From Camelus dromedarius (taxonomy: Eukaryota), in NCBI RefSeq assembly GCF_036321535.1, contig NC_087436.1, positions 78,804,001-78,868,000 on the forward strand: 64,000 nucleotides of DNA, given 5' to 3'. Made by a program: the position numbers and the translations under genes. Each line of letters opens with the position of its first letter. Position 1 is the stretch's first letter. The notes under the pieces are model-generated. The model saw only the letters and a list, made by a program, of their open reading frames with translations, did no database searches and was not told where the DNA came from. This document shows, in pieces, positions 51,623 through 64,000 of this stretch.

Positions 51623-52290
51623 TGTGGTGTAACAGCCCCCACTGATTCCCAGCACAGAGCTTCAAAAACTGTTGGAATTTCCTGAGTGACAGGACTGTCT
51701 CTATCATGCTAATGAGCTGACTCAGGATGGACTCCCAGATAGCTTCAGGTTTGGAACTGTCCACCAGAAAGACCAAGCGTGTGGTTGGAGGGTTGGCACT
51801 TTGGGAGGGGAAGGGGATTGGAGATTGAACTTAGTCTCATGGTCAGTGATTTAATCAGTTGGGTTTATGTTAAAAACTCCAGTAAAAGCTATGGACACTG
51901 AGGCTCAGAGGAGCTCCCTGGCTGATGACCACAGTGATGTGCAGGGAAGGGGACACTTTCTGACTCCACAGGGAGAGGCGTGGAAGCTCTCTTTGAGGGA
52001 TCCTCCCAGACCTCTGCCTGTGTCTCTTCCATTTGGTTGGTCCCGATTTGTACCCTTTATAATAAAACTGTAATAGGAAGTATAACACTTTCTTCAGTTC
52101 TGTGAGTTGTTCTAGCGAATTATTGAACCTGAGGGAATTGTGGGAACCCCTGAATTTGTAGGTATGGGGGGCTGGGAGGCCCCTGCTCGTGGCTGGCATC
52201 TGAAGCAGGGACAGCCCTGTGGGGGACTGAGGCTTTACCTTGTGAACTGGAAGCTACCTTGAGTGGTTAGTGTTAGAACTGTATTGAAGT
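51623..52290 (+). mobile_element. MER21-like LTR inserted in an L2
   Basis: TTGGAATTTCCTGAGTGACAGG...CCTTTATAATAAAACTGTAAT...TTCTGTGAGTTGTTCTAGCGAATTATTGAACCTGAG. L2 sequence lies on both sides (about 51280-51620 and 52310-52800). Confidence 0.75.
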
Positions 52291-53399
52291 CCATCCACGT
52301 GGGGTGGAAAACAGAGCACCAGAAATGCAAAAGCCTGATCACACCAGGCTTTATGGGCCACGAGAACAAGATTGGATTTCATTCCAAATGCAACACAGAG
52401 CCACTGAAAGACTGTGGTTTTTCGCTCGAGAGTGGTTTACTTTTCAGTCCGTTCTGTCTGGCTGCAGTGTGGAAAAGCGGCAAGTGCTGGAGGAGGAAGA
52501 CCAGTTGGTGGGGGTTTTGTGGTAGTCTAGGCAAAAAACGGGCATGGCTTGGACTAGAGAGTGTTCGAGATGAGCAGCATGCAGATTAGATTCAAGATGT
52601 GACTGAGGGTAGGACTTGAAGAGGCTGGCTGAAAGACTGGATGAGGGATGATTATGGAAATAGAGAAACCAAGGCTGACACCCAGATTTCTGGTGGGGAA
52701 AGCTAGGGGAGAAGTAGTTTGGGGGCAGAAGGGAGACTCACAACTTCAGTTCGGGGCACACTGATTTTGAGATGCTTAAGAGACGTCCAGTGAGAGATGT
52801 CATCCAGCCAGCTGGATTCACCACATGCCATACCAGTCAGTTTCTTTCTTCAGTCAGACCGATTTTCTGCTTTTCAGGGACCCCATACAGGATGTCATGG
52901 TCATTCCTCTCTCTCTACATTTGCTCAAGGGTTTTCCTATCCTCCCCTGCTTCTTCCTTGCCTAGACAAATCCTTTTCACCTTGTGAGTTTTCTGCTCAA
53001 AACTTCCCTTCTGCATTAGACTTCATCCTAATACCCTAACCCATCTTCATATTTCTGCAGCCCTAAGAGTCAGTATGAAGCCATCGAGCAATTTAACTGC
53101 ACACTGCCTCGTTAGGGTCCCTCTTCATTATACATAAGTCTAGCCCGCTCTATGAGGTCATAGGCGCCTCACGACAAGGGCTATTTCATATACATCGCTT
53201 GTGTTCCTCAGAAGCACAGAATGGTTTATGCACCTTTAAATTCAAAGAGAATTAGCTAGCAGATTTACACAAAAAGCTACAGAAGAATAACTAGGAGAAA
53301 ATAAAGATAATCAAATGTGACTGCCTTCTAAAAGAGTTTTTAAAAGCAAGGCTAGAAATTTCCTCTGGCACATGAAACCATTTTAATTAATAGCGAATG

Positions 53400-53530
53400 A
53401 GGGAGAGGGAAATAGCTCAGCGGCAGAGCGCATACTTAGCATGCACAAGGTCCTGGATTCAATCCCCAGTACCTCCATTAAAAAAATAATAAATAAACCT
53501 AATTACCTCCCCCTCCCCTGAAAAAAATTT
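53400..53530 (+). mobile_element. tRNA-derived SINE (Vic-1-like)
   Basis: ATAGCTCAGCGGCAGAGCGCATACTTAGCATGCACAAGGTCCTGGATTCAATCCCCAGTACCTCC plus tail. Confidence 0.9.
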
Positions 53531-53799
53531 TTTTTAAATAGTGAAATGAAACTGAATTTTACTGTTAGTTTAAACGGTTGATTCAATGACTTCTGTAGCT
53601 ATTGTACCTTTGGCGGTTAATAAAGCATGTAAAACAGCATCCCTGAAACATTCCTGTGACAAGAGCTCTGGTTCGTGCTAGTAGGTACTAGGACAGGATG
53701 ACTGAAAAGCCTGAACTCTCATAAACAAGAACTAGAGATGAAAAACAGCTCAATATCTATGGTGGGGTGGGGGTGGCTTAAGAGGGAGGCAGCTAATGG

Positions 53800-54020
53800 A
53801 AGGCCCCAGTGTATCTGATAGATCTAGCTTTATTTAGCATTTTCATTAATGACTGGGAACAAGGCATACCCATTTAATAACATTTTTGGTTGGTGCCAAA
53901 TTAGGAGGTGCTGCAGACATCACTGAGGACAGAGAAATAACACAGATGGATCTAAAGAGGTTATAAATATGAATAGAAATGATCACAATGAGATGCAATT
54001 TAGGAAAAATGCAAATGAAG
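53800..54020 (+). mobile_element. CR1/L3 LINE reverse-transcriptase fragment
   Basis: Broken translation LFSIFIND...AKLGGAADITEDREITQMDLKRL matches the CR1 RT pattern LFNIFINDL...FADDTKLGG...EDR..IQ.DL.RL. Confidence 0.7.
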
Positions 54021-56450
54021 GCAGCTGGGAGAGAAATCATCCAAAATGCAAAATAATCAGTGGGTTGGGAAACCTAGAAAGCAGCGACATAAGAGTGTCT
54101 GGCAGGAGAGCAGTGGAATAAGGACTAAGCAGTGACAACATGCTAGCTCAGCCCAAATGGCTGGTGGCAGGTACAGGAGGCAGGAGGAACCGCATTGCAA
54201 CAGAGTCTCCTCAACACCCATAAATGTTTTGGAGACAATGTGGGGGAAAAAAACAGAACAAAACTAAGCACAGACATTTGGCCCTTCGTTTTTTCAGTTG
54301 TTAGAAGAGGGATTACACTCAGCCTCTAAGGTCCCCCAGCTCCAACCGGCTGTGGTTCTAAAACAGGAAGATTGTGAGAGTGAGGAAAGAGCCTGGTTAA
54401 GGGGGTGCTTCCTTAAAACTTTTATAAAACTATTAATGTAACAATCACTGAGTATTTTCTATATGATAGACACTGAAATACAGGAAAGAAAGAGATGGAA
54501 GAGGGGAATGATATTCACTGAGCGTCACTATAAGCCAGGCACTTACTATTCATTATTTCATCCTCCCAATAACCATATGAGGTGAATATTATTACTCCTC
54601 CCACCTCCTTTGCAGATGAAGGTACAGAGACTTGCACAAAAGCCTGCATCCAGCAAATGGCAGAGCCAAGATTTATTCCAGGACCTGGACACTTCCCTCT
54701 ACAATATACTTTCTCCCCAAAGTAAATTTAAAATCACAGTGTGATGTTGTCTGGGTCATGTTTTGCTAGGGGAATGTAGGTTCTCGAAGACTGAGTTATA
54801 AACAAATAGTTTCATCTGGAAAAGAGGCTTAGGCTCTCAATTTCAAGTTATTTATGTTGGGAAAAAATTCCAGTTGTCGAGGTGCTTTATAACTGCATGA
54901 GTGTGTAACTGGAGGCTAAAAATAAAGAACTGCTTGAACAAAATAAAGGAAAATTACTGAGTTAAGTCCTAAGTAGCATCTAAAATTTAAATCAATGAGC
55001 TTCTAAATTATCATTGTCATAACTCATTGTTATGATAAACAAAGCACAACACTGAACTAAGATGAGTGAGGTCAAAAGAAAGTGCAGCAGAGTTCCCACT
55101 GCTAACGGGGGACGAAAGAACATGAAACCGAGAAGCTGCCAACTGCCCCTTGGTGCACAGCAGCTTCTTCCCAGGACCCTGGTGCTTATTCCCGACTGCG
55201 CTTTAATTCTCCAGTCGATATTCATAACAGGAATTGTGATCCCGAAGTGGTCTGTTGTGCTAGATCCTATCTGCTTCATGGATGCTCAAACAGGAGGGAA
55301 GCCTCAAACGGAGAAATGAATTCTTAGACACAAGAGAAACTTATAGAAATGCCCGGGGGTCAGGCTGTCTTGTAGGGATGGGAGGCCCACTGCAGAGGTG
55401 GCCACGTGACTTGCACGTCTGAGGGTCACCGAGAGGCTCCTGGGTCATCAGCTTCCCTGGACCCTAAAGCAGTTTTGGGAATCGCCATTTCTTCCCTGTG
55501 GGTGAAAACACCCGGGGCCTGGCATCATCCACCCTCATAACACGGGCAGAGACTTTGAAGACAAGTTGTTCCCATCTACCCCACCTGGATCAGATGAAGA
55601 ATTGGGAAAACAAAGATTCACAATGAAACCAAAATTCCAAGTACTCAGAAAGTGCCCATAGTGGTGGGAAGTGGTCTAGGACTACCATACCCCTAAAGGA
55701 TACAGCCCAATCCTAGTGCAGTGATGACCCTTTCTTACATTTTTATCATGACTTCATAACAACTCTAGAAGTAAAGTAATGTCCTTATTTTTACAGATGA
55801 AGAAACTGGAGGTGAGTAAGTGATTCATAGCTAGCAGCCACCAGAGTAAAACTCAAATCCTCAGTCTTCCAATTCTGTAATGAGTAGACTTTCTGCCACA
55901 CACTTACAGGGTGACCTCAGGAATATGTGTCTTAGGAACAATGGCTTTGGAGTCAGACCTGCATTTGCCTATCCTGGATGTACCATTTTTTAAGCCATAT
56001 AATTGTGGTAAGTTCTTTAACTTCATTAAGCCTTAGTTTATTCATCTGTAAAATGGGGCCATGCATAACACCTAGCTCATGGGGCTACAGTGAGGATCAA
56101 ATGCAATACGCATAGAGTATGCTCGGCACAGAACATGGCCTTCATTAGAGCCAGACAAGTGTTGAGGGTTTCAGGGCATGTTTGGGGCATGAACTCTGGA
56201 GGGAGGAATCCCCTTTCCTCCCTTGTAGTACAGCATGCCTCAGGGTACAAAGCTCCCAAGGGGACATTTTACTGTAGCTAAATCTACTAGGAGATAAAAA
56301 CTTGAGACAGTCAAGGAGTGCCTGGGGGCCTGAGCACTGAGCCTAGAATGGGTGTGAAGGAGGTCCACTGCACAGGGAGCACGTCTGTGCCTCCTCCCAC
56401 ACTGCCATCTGCGCTAAGTCCCTAAGGCAAAGAGGACCCTCCATCCCCAC

Positions 56451-56581
56451 CTGGAAAGCCATGGAGTTGGCGGCAGCCAGAAATATCCTCAGAGGCAGCT
56501 TGGCCTTGTAGGACCTGTGGCTCCACAAGCGATGGGCACCAGCTGTCACACCCAGAGCAGTCAGGAGGAAGCAGAAGTAGG
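56451..56581 (-). CDS. SCD5: SCD5 coding exon 2 (131 nt)
   Basis: Minus strand reads ttgcag|CC TAC TTC...TTC CAG|gtgggg. Translates (A)YFCFLLTALGVTAGAHRLWSHRSYKAKLPLRIFLAAANSMAFQ with the first desaturase His box HRLWSH. Starts phase 1, ends phase 0. Confidence 0.97.
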
Positions 56582-58659
56582 CTGCAAGACACAAGCAGGG
56601 AGAATGTCAGCAGATGTCAGTGCTTTTAAACTTCCCCCAAGCTTTTTTCTCCTCTGAATAAGGACCCATGTGAAATGGTGTCAGGGGAAGAATCCACAAC
56701 ATGAAGAATCAATAATTTGGGCAAATGCAAGCTTTTTATTGATTTGTAGCTTTCCAGTACCAGGTGGAAGTGGAGAGAACTTTCCTCAAGAAACTCTGAC
56801 CTTGGAACATCATTTTTTCCTGTATCAAACAAATCTTCTATTTGTGAATGTTTCTTGCCAGTCTTGATGCCAAGCCACAACCGTACGGGTGAACTGCTTC
56901 CTTACTTAGGGGGAGAGCCCTAAACCAAGCTATATGTGGGCACGATCAGGCAGATAATCCTACACAATTGCCTCTAGCACTTAGCACTACAGGGGCCTCC
57001 ATAAAGAAGCACCAAAGACCAGGCAACCAGCTGTGAGTACATCCCCGAGCAGCTGTGAATGGTACCCAGACCAAGTTCTCAGGAAGCCCTCTTCAGTATA
57101 ATATATCTTCATAAGAATTACTAGGGCACGTTCAGTGTCAATACACACATTTAAAGGGCGCACAATGTTACAGCTTCCAAAAGTCAAGTCTGATCTCAAT
57201 CTATACTTACACGGGTCTAAAAACAAGACTCACTCTTGGCACTCAGATTAAGGAGTCTGAATACATGTGGTTTTCATGAACTTGACAAAGCATTCCTAAC
57301 TTGAAAGTTTAAAAACAAAAAACAACAATCTGCTCATAAATCACAGAAAGTAGCAGTAAATAAAAGGCTCTGACTTCTTTTGTTGTTGTAATTTAACCTC
57401 CATTAAATGTCATCCCTGGCCTTTAGGTCTCTGCCAATGATTTTTTTTCAACTGTCAAGTAGTTAGGGAACTAGTGAAATCTGTAATGGAAAAAGTGAAT
57501 GTGACCCTCTTTGGCCAGCGGGCTAAGACACCGGACCTTGGCACAATAAAATGAATTCCCAGACTCCATGAAACACATTGGCCAAAAAAGAATCCCTCCG
57601 ATCCATGGCTCCCAGGCAGGGCCTTACCACAGACTGTGGCATTGTCTTTGTCCTTTTGGGGATCTCCAGTATTTCAGGGATCGTTTACACGTCTGATCTG
57701 TCTATGTCTCGGCCACTGACAACGGGCTCGAGTCAGAGCCTATACTGGGCAGCAGTGGCTGTTGGTGGTTTTTCATGGTCCTTCTTCTGTCAACAAGAAT
57801 GTGGCCATGTGACCCAGGCCTGGCCTAGCACTGTACCCCATCTTCCTTGTCCTGGGAATTAACACTTGACCCAAAGTTTCTCTCTCTTCTGGCTCAAAGA
57901 CTAAAGGTCTCACACCAATGCATGACTGTGACAGTAAAGAATGAGGTCCAGAAAGTGGGACATGAAAATGATGGACAGGTCCCCAAGAGCTAGGAGGACA
58001 GCTGCCTGCACTGAGCCACTGGCTGCGGGGTCTGAATTCCTATAGTTCTCCTTTTGATCAAGTGAGCCTCCCCAGTATTTCACACAGTTACGTGAGCCAA
58101 CAAATTCCCTTTTCCTGCTTAAGCTAGTTTGCACTGGATTTCTGATACTAAAATTCTGCAGAACCTCTAGGAAAGAAAGCAACCTTCTGGTCATAGTCCA
58201 AATAAGGATAAACTGCAAAAACCCTGGGCTGGATGTGAGGCTTTATGGGCTATTCCACTGGCAGGACTCAGTTTTCCTATTTTAATGGGGCTAATGTGAG
58301 AGGTTCTTAACCTCTCTTCTCTCATCTTTGTGGAAATGAATATCCAAACAAGTTTTCTGCAGTGCTGGCTAGCTGGCTGCAAGGTAGTGAAGTATTCAGA
58401 CACAGAATTGATTATTTCAAAAAAAAAAAAAAACAGGAGTAATGAGCAGTGTCAATGACTTTACTGAGTAGCTCATACTTCATAAAGAAAGGTGCCAGGT
58501 CAGTAGAAACCAGAATCACAAGATTACAGAACAGTGAGCAACAAAAAAATTGGTTGTATGCAAATAAGAGTCACCTATTCTGGTTAGCTCAACCAAAAAA
58601 ATATTTAAAAGATACTGAGTAGCCTACAGAACTCACTGGAAGGTTAGAGGATAGGGTTT

Positions 58660-59101
58660 GTGTATACAGCCTCCAAGATGGCCCCAGGGCTCCTCGCCTC
58701 CTGGTATTCATGGCCTAGTGTAGTATGACTTCAGTTTGCTAGCAGATTCTCTCTTCCCTTGGGTATGATGATGTAAGCTGCCATATTGGGGAGGCCCAGG
58801 GGCAAGGAACTCAGGGTGGCCTTCAGCCAACAGCTAGCCAGGAAATGAGGCCCTCAGTTCAACAGTCCTCAGGGAATCAAGTCCTGCCCACAACAATGTA
58901 AGTGAGCTTAGCCGAGCCCTCAGCTAAGACCACGGCCCTAGCCAACACATTACTGCCCCGTGACAGATCCTGAAGCGGAAGACCCAGCCTAGCTGCACCT
59001 GGATCCCTGCTCTATAAAAACTGTGAGAAGATGAATGCATGTTGTTTTAAGCTGCTAAATTTGGGGGTAATTTGTTCTGCCAATAGTAGGTAACTAATGC
59101 A
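58660..59101 (+). mobile_element. MaLR LTR (MLT1F-like)
   Basis: CAGCCTCCAAGATGGCCCC...TTTTAAGCTGCTAAATTTGGGGGTAATTTGTT...TAACTAATGCA. Confidence 0.75.
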
Positions 59102-59169
59102 GGACTTAAGTAGGAAATTTCCTTCAAAGGAAGGAAGGTACAGTTTAAATCCCAGTTTAAGAACAGTTT

Positions 59170-59410
59170 GCCATGTACAGGAACAGAAAATAGACTCATG
59201 TTGCATGGGTCTGGGGGCAGGGAGGGAGGAGGGGAGTGACTGCTAACAGGTACAGAGTTTTGGTGGTAGAGAGTGATAAAATTTTCCTGAAACTGATTTT
59301 GGTGATGGTTGCACAAGTCTGTGAATATGCTAAAAGCCAATGATTTGCACACTTTAGATGAGTTGTATGGTTTAAGTTATAGCTCAATAAAGTCATAACT
59401 AAAAAAAAAT
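59170..59410 (+). mobile_element. L1MB-like 3' end
   Basis: GGGGAGTGACTGCTAACAGGTACAGAGTTT...GGTGATGGTTGCACAAGTCTGTGAATATGCTAAAA...CTCAATAAAG. Confidence 0.8.
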
Positions 59411-61689
59411 GACTGAACTGCTATTAGATTTTGTTATTATGTATATTTTCTCAATGTAAAATAAAGTAGACATGTTACAAAACAACACAGGACAAAACAA
59501 GTAAGAATCAGCTGTTTGCCTAGGACTGACACTTAGCTTACTACCACCTGACGCTCATGTCACACTGTGGACCCTTAAATCTTCCACAGCTGCCAAGAAC
59601 AATGTCTGTTTGACCCTACATCTATGCTTGAACCTATCCACACCCAGGATTTCAAGGCAGAGACACCTAACTGCCTAGAGCTTGGATCACAACGGGAGGC
59701 TCTAGCAACAGAAAAGGGAGAACCCTCGGCCCCTTGGGCTTCCACAGTGGAAGGCAGAGCCCCCCATCTATCCAGATCCCCCATCACAGTGATGTCTGAA
59801 GAATGATTATAGTGACCTTCTCTGGACCACACAACCAGAGAACAGTCCTGGATGGGTGCTAAGAACCAAAAATTAAAACTCCCTTAATTCTGGACCTGAT
59901 TGAGGGGAGAGTTGGACAGCCTCCTTCAAGACCCATCCCTGAGTGCTACACAGAAGGAAGCAATTGACAGAGTTCTTTATTCCTCGCTTATTATCTATGT
60001 CTGTCTAGCATCAGAGTGAAAGCTAATAAGTAGTCATAATAGCAACCATTGACTGAGAGCTTTCTATGTGCCAGGTCCTGTTGTAAGTGCTTCATACATA
60101 GTAACTCACTGACTCCTCACCTCAGGTCTACAGGGTGGGTCATATGTTGTCTCTGTCTTAAAAATGAAGGAATCCAGACATAAAGTGATACAGCCAGGAT
60201 ACAGTTTAAGGCAGGAAGAGCCCACACTCTGAATACCTCTGCTGGTGGCCTGACCCCCCGGCTGCCTTAATTCTGGCTGGAGAAGCTTGAATGCATCATG
60301 TCCTTCTAATCAGCTCAAAACAGAAGCTGAAGGTCAAAACCCTGTTTTGTGTTCTGCCTTCACCATACGGCAAATTTATTTACAGTAACGCCTTCATTGT
60401 CATTCTGCATGCAGTTCAGCCTCTGCTTGTCATAAACATGAGTACCAGGTGACCCAAGACTTCACGAGACAGTTTACTGAGCTCCTATTACGGGCCGGGC
60501 ACTGAGCTCAGGATGGGGTTCACCAGGCGACCACACAAATATGGCCCCTTCCCTCCTTGAGTTGATAGGAATTTGAAAAGTCAATTACTTACGATATAAT
60601 TACAAATTACAGCAAGTGCTGTGGAAGAAATGAACAGACTAATATGAGAGACTAAAAGGGGGTAATTTAGTTTGGGGAATGGGTGAAAACTGCAGAGGAA
60701 GTAAGAATTAAGCTAATCCCTAAAGGATGAGGAAGAGGCAAGATTCAGATAGAGAGACCAATAGATGCAAAGTCCTGGGCTGGAAAAGAGGATTTGATAA
60801 AAAGCCTGTATCTAACCACCTCACACCCACAGATGGTTACTATAACAAAACAAAAGCAAGCAGAAAATAAGAGTTGGTGAGGATGTGGAGAAATTGGAAC
60901 CCTACTATACTGCTAGTGGGAATGCAAAATGCAGCCACTATGGCAAACAGTATGCACAGAAAGTAGAGGGGGAAAAACAGTACCAACCCTAATCACTCTC
61001 TGTTCATATTTTGCTGTAACTCCTTCGAACACTTCTTAAAATAACCTCCTTTTGTTCACCTTCAAATACTCTGCACACATAAGATCATTGCAATCCCTAT
61101 TATAAGAATGATAAAATGAAAAGATCAATATTTAGGAACAGACAGCAAAAGGAAGTCGCTTCACATGATTTCCTAAGCCAAATGCACAGTAAAATTCCTC
61201 TTAAAAAAGAAAAATGCACCACATGGCCTAACAGAGAGTCAGAAGAGAGGCTGGAGAAGGCAGTCCACTCTCATGGCCCACCTGCCACAGAGCACCAATT
61301 TACCAACATATCTAATTGTATTGGTCTACTCCTATAAGGTAGATGTCCTAACCCCCATTTTAAAGATGTGCAAAACTGAGGCCCAGAGCCATTAAGTGAC
61401 TGCCTCAGGATCAAACACTGACAGAACTGGGGCCCAAACACCAGATCAGTCTGGCTCCAAGCCCTCTCCTCTGGTGCGGTGGTTCTCAGCCCCGGCTGCC
61501 CGTTGCAGTTATGGGATCATTAACAGACTCCAGGCCCATAGGGCCCAGTGAATCAAAGAGGACTGGCAGAGCGGGCATCTCTTCGGGTGATTCTGATGCA
61601 CAACCAGGACTGAGAAAACGCCGCGCTATAAGGTACACCATCTCTTAGAGGCCATCTGGTCTCATTCCCTGAAGTTACAAATGGATAAA

Positions 61690-62170
61690 CCCAGATCTAC
61701 AGTGCTCGGCGCTTGCTCCAGCCCACCCACACGCTGACCCTGTGCGGAGCCCCTGGGCCCCCGCGGGGCTCGGTAAATGCTAAGCGATTCTAGACCCTCC
61801 GGATCAGGAGAGACCAGGCTGCCCTTTCGTGTGACCTCAGAGCGCTGGCACGCTTCTCCTGGAGGCGCCTTTGATGCTGTAAGCTGCTCCCCACCCCGTC
61901 CCGGGTTCCCCACGCGGGAGCCTTTGATTCCTGGCACCGGGATGGAGGGCGGGGTGTGCAGCGGCGGCTTAGGCTTTGAGAACCCGGAGGGAGGACACGA
62001 AGCCCGCACGCAACAGTCTTCCGACGAGGGAAGGGGGGAGGCGATGGGAGCGGGATGGGGAGAGACAGCGGCGGGGTTAGGAGGAGGAGGGGAGGAAGCA
62101 GAGGGAGAAGGCTCCTGGGGACAGGGCCATATGGGGGACGGGCTGGGGCCCGAATGGGAGAAGACAACGC
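61690..62170. promoter_or_regulatory. Small intronic CpG island / candidate enhancer in SCD5 intron 1
   Basis: GC- and CpG-rich, no recognisable repeat. GC box GGGCGGGG at about 61947; two CCTTTGAT motifs at 61868 and 61921. Confidence 0.55.
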
Positions 62171-62636
62171 CCTTGAATATCTGCCTTTCCCACCAGTTCA
62201 AGTGTTTCGAAAGTCACTTCTGGGTTCGGGCCAATAAATGACTGTTTCTCTTCTCCAGTCCTTCCCAGATTTGGCAGATAAATGGAGAAAAGCAGACAGA
62301 GCCCTAGATGGATACAGATACATATATACACATATGACTGATTGGTCTAACGGTTAAAGCGGACCTGGGGTTGAACCCCTGGTATATCACTTATCAGTGT
62401 GAGTTAATCTCTGAGCCTTAGTTTCTCCACGCATAAAGTGGGGAAAATAGAACCCTGCCCTATGGGTTTGTTGTAAGGCTGAAAGAAGCAATGCATGTAC
62501 AATGTGAGCCAGGCCTGGCCAGCAGCACTGACGTGTGTTGTTGCTCCAGTTATGAATGCCACCCCACTGCCTCTGAAAATATCCCCTTCCTGGATAAGCC
62601 CCTGTGAAGACACCCACATTTGTCATCATTCTAGAC

Positions 62637-62840
62637 CAGAGGTTCTCAAGGAGGTGGGTGATTTTGCCTCCTCTTCCCTCCTGGGACAACGTCTTCAGAC
62701 ATTATTAGTTGTCACAAACCAAAACTTGAAAGATGCTACTAGCGCCCAGTGGGTAGAGACCAGGCATACAGTTGAGCACCGTGCATTGCCCAGATGCCGC
62801 CTACAACAAACAAGTACCCGCACCAAAATGTCAGTAGTGA
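62637..62840. mobile_element. MER20-like hAT element
   Basis: CAGAGGTTCTCAA...GGTGATTTTGCCTCC...GTTGTCACAA...TGCTACTAGCGCCCAGTGGGTAGAGACCAGG. Confidence 0.7.
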
Positions 62841-63034
62841 GTAGGTAGAGAATCCTGCTCTGATTCCCAGGGACAGTTCTTGAAACTTCCCTGTTCATTC
62901 TCATGGTGTGACTGCACCTGGCCCTGCTTCTCACACCTCTCTGGTTTTGTGAAGAGCTGGAGGAGTAACTCACTTCTCATTATGTAACAAAGAAGCTGAA
63001 AACCAAGAACTATGATGAACAATTATTTTAGATC

Positions 63035-63810
63035 ACTGATTCTCAATGCCACACTCATCACCAGGGGATCTTGTTAAAGTGCGTATGCTGGGCCCCATTC
63101 CCAGAGATTCAGTAGGTCTGGGGAGAGACCCAGGAGTTTTGTTTCTAACAGGTTTGCAGGTGGCGCTGATGCTGTTGGTCCAGGGTCTGAGTGTGTAGCT
63201 GACCGACCAGATGTGAAAGAGAAGGGCTGACAAGGGGCTGCAGTGACAGTGCAAGTTCCTCTATGGCCACTCATCTCATGAGATGGTGTCACAAAGAATT
63301 TCAGTAAGACCTTATGTCTTCCCATTAAAGGTTTGGATTTATAATGTTTGCAATTCTGTAGCAATTTTCTCCAGGGTACTATTTCAACACTTCACTCAAA
63401 ATTACATTTCCACAGGATCTTGAAGACTGTGGGCTCAGAAGCAAAGGGCTTTTCTTTACTATTAAAACCTTCTCAATTCTATCACATTTAACAATAACTA
63501 ACAGCTCCTCTTTGCAATCTCCACCTCCTTTCACTTCGCCACCTTCCACTGTGCTGCACTTGGACCGAAGGGAGATACGTTCTCTGCTGCCAAGGCGTGA
63601 ATCTAGGAAGATTCAGCTGAAAGGGAACAGAACAGGAGAGAGAAGAGTGATGGACAAGGACAGTGCTTTTCAAACTGATGTGCTTGCACACCACCTAGGG
63701 ATCTTGTTAAGTTGCAGATACTAATCCAGTAGGTCTGGGCAGGGCCAGCGATTCTGCACTTCCAACAAGCTCCCAGGTAACACTGCTGTCCCAGGGACCA
63801 CATTTTGAGT
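63035..63810. mobile_element. Two MER5-like hAT fragments (about 63035-63200 and 63660-63810)
   Basis: ATCACCAGGGGATCTTGTTAAAGTGC...TTTCTAACAGG and CACCTAGGGATCTTGTTAAGTTGCAGAT...GGGACCACATTTTGAGT. Confidence 0.65.
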
Positions 63811-64000
63811 TGCAAGTCTCTGAGTAATCCCTGCAGAGACTCATTTAGGACCAAGGAAACCTAGCCTCTCCTCTTGGCTTGTGATGCAGACAGAAGGATT
63901 TTTAGTGACAGAGCCCAGGATGGAAATCTCATCTCCCTACCCACAGCCTGTGCCCACTTGTCCTACCTTCCTCTCCTGCTTGCTTTCTTTTTGCAGGCAC

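Noticed and set aside
61662..62241. Overlapping 125-179-aa ORFs on both strands
   Set aside because: Low-complexity Pro/Gly-rich frames expected in GC-rich island DNA.

Overview
Mammalian (not microbial) genomic DNA, most likely a camelid: six copies of a tRNA-derived SINE resemble the camelid Vic-1 family. The window holds the 3' part of the stearoyl-CoA desaturase 5 gene (SCD5) on the minus strand. Coding exons 2-5 lie at 56451-56581, 43132-43337, 13065-13297 and 9323-9513; all are GT-AG flanked and phase-compatible, and all three His boxes are intact. The 3'UTR runs about 1.3 kb to about 7985. Exon 1 lies beyond the right edge. The rest is intron or intergenic DNA rich in L1, L2, CR1, MIR, LTR and DNA-transposon relics and microsatellites; repeat family names are by-eye assignments. 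The most interesting unexplained signal is about 5 kb of repeat-poor sequence in intron 3 (about 16470-21200, minus strand). It reads as a decayed multi-exon gene with NACHT/NLR-like motifs in the expected order and strong splice donors, and a CpG-undepleted CCAAT/GC-box patch lies just upstream. Also notable are a frameshifted counterpart of the human SCD5 isoform-b terminal exon, several 3'UTR regulatory motifs, an intronic CpG island with paired TCF/LEF sites, and a head-to-head L1 fusion at a (TA)n tract. No database searches were possible, so all homology calls other than SCD5 need confirmation.
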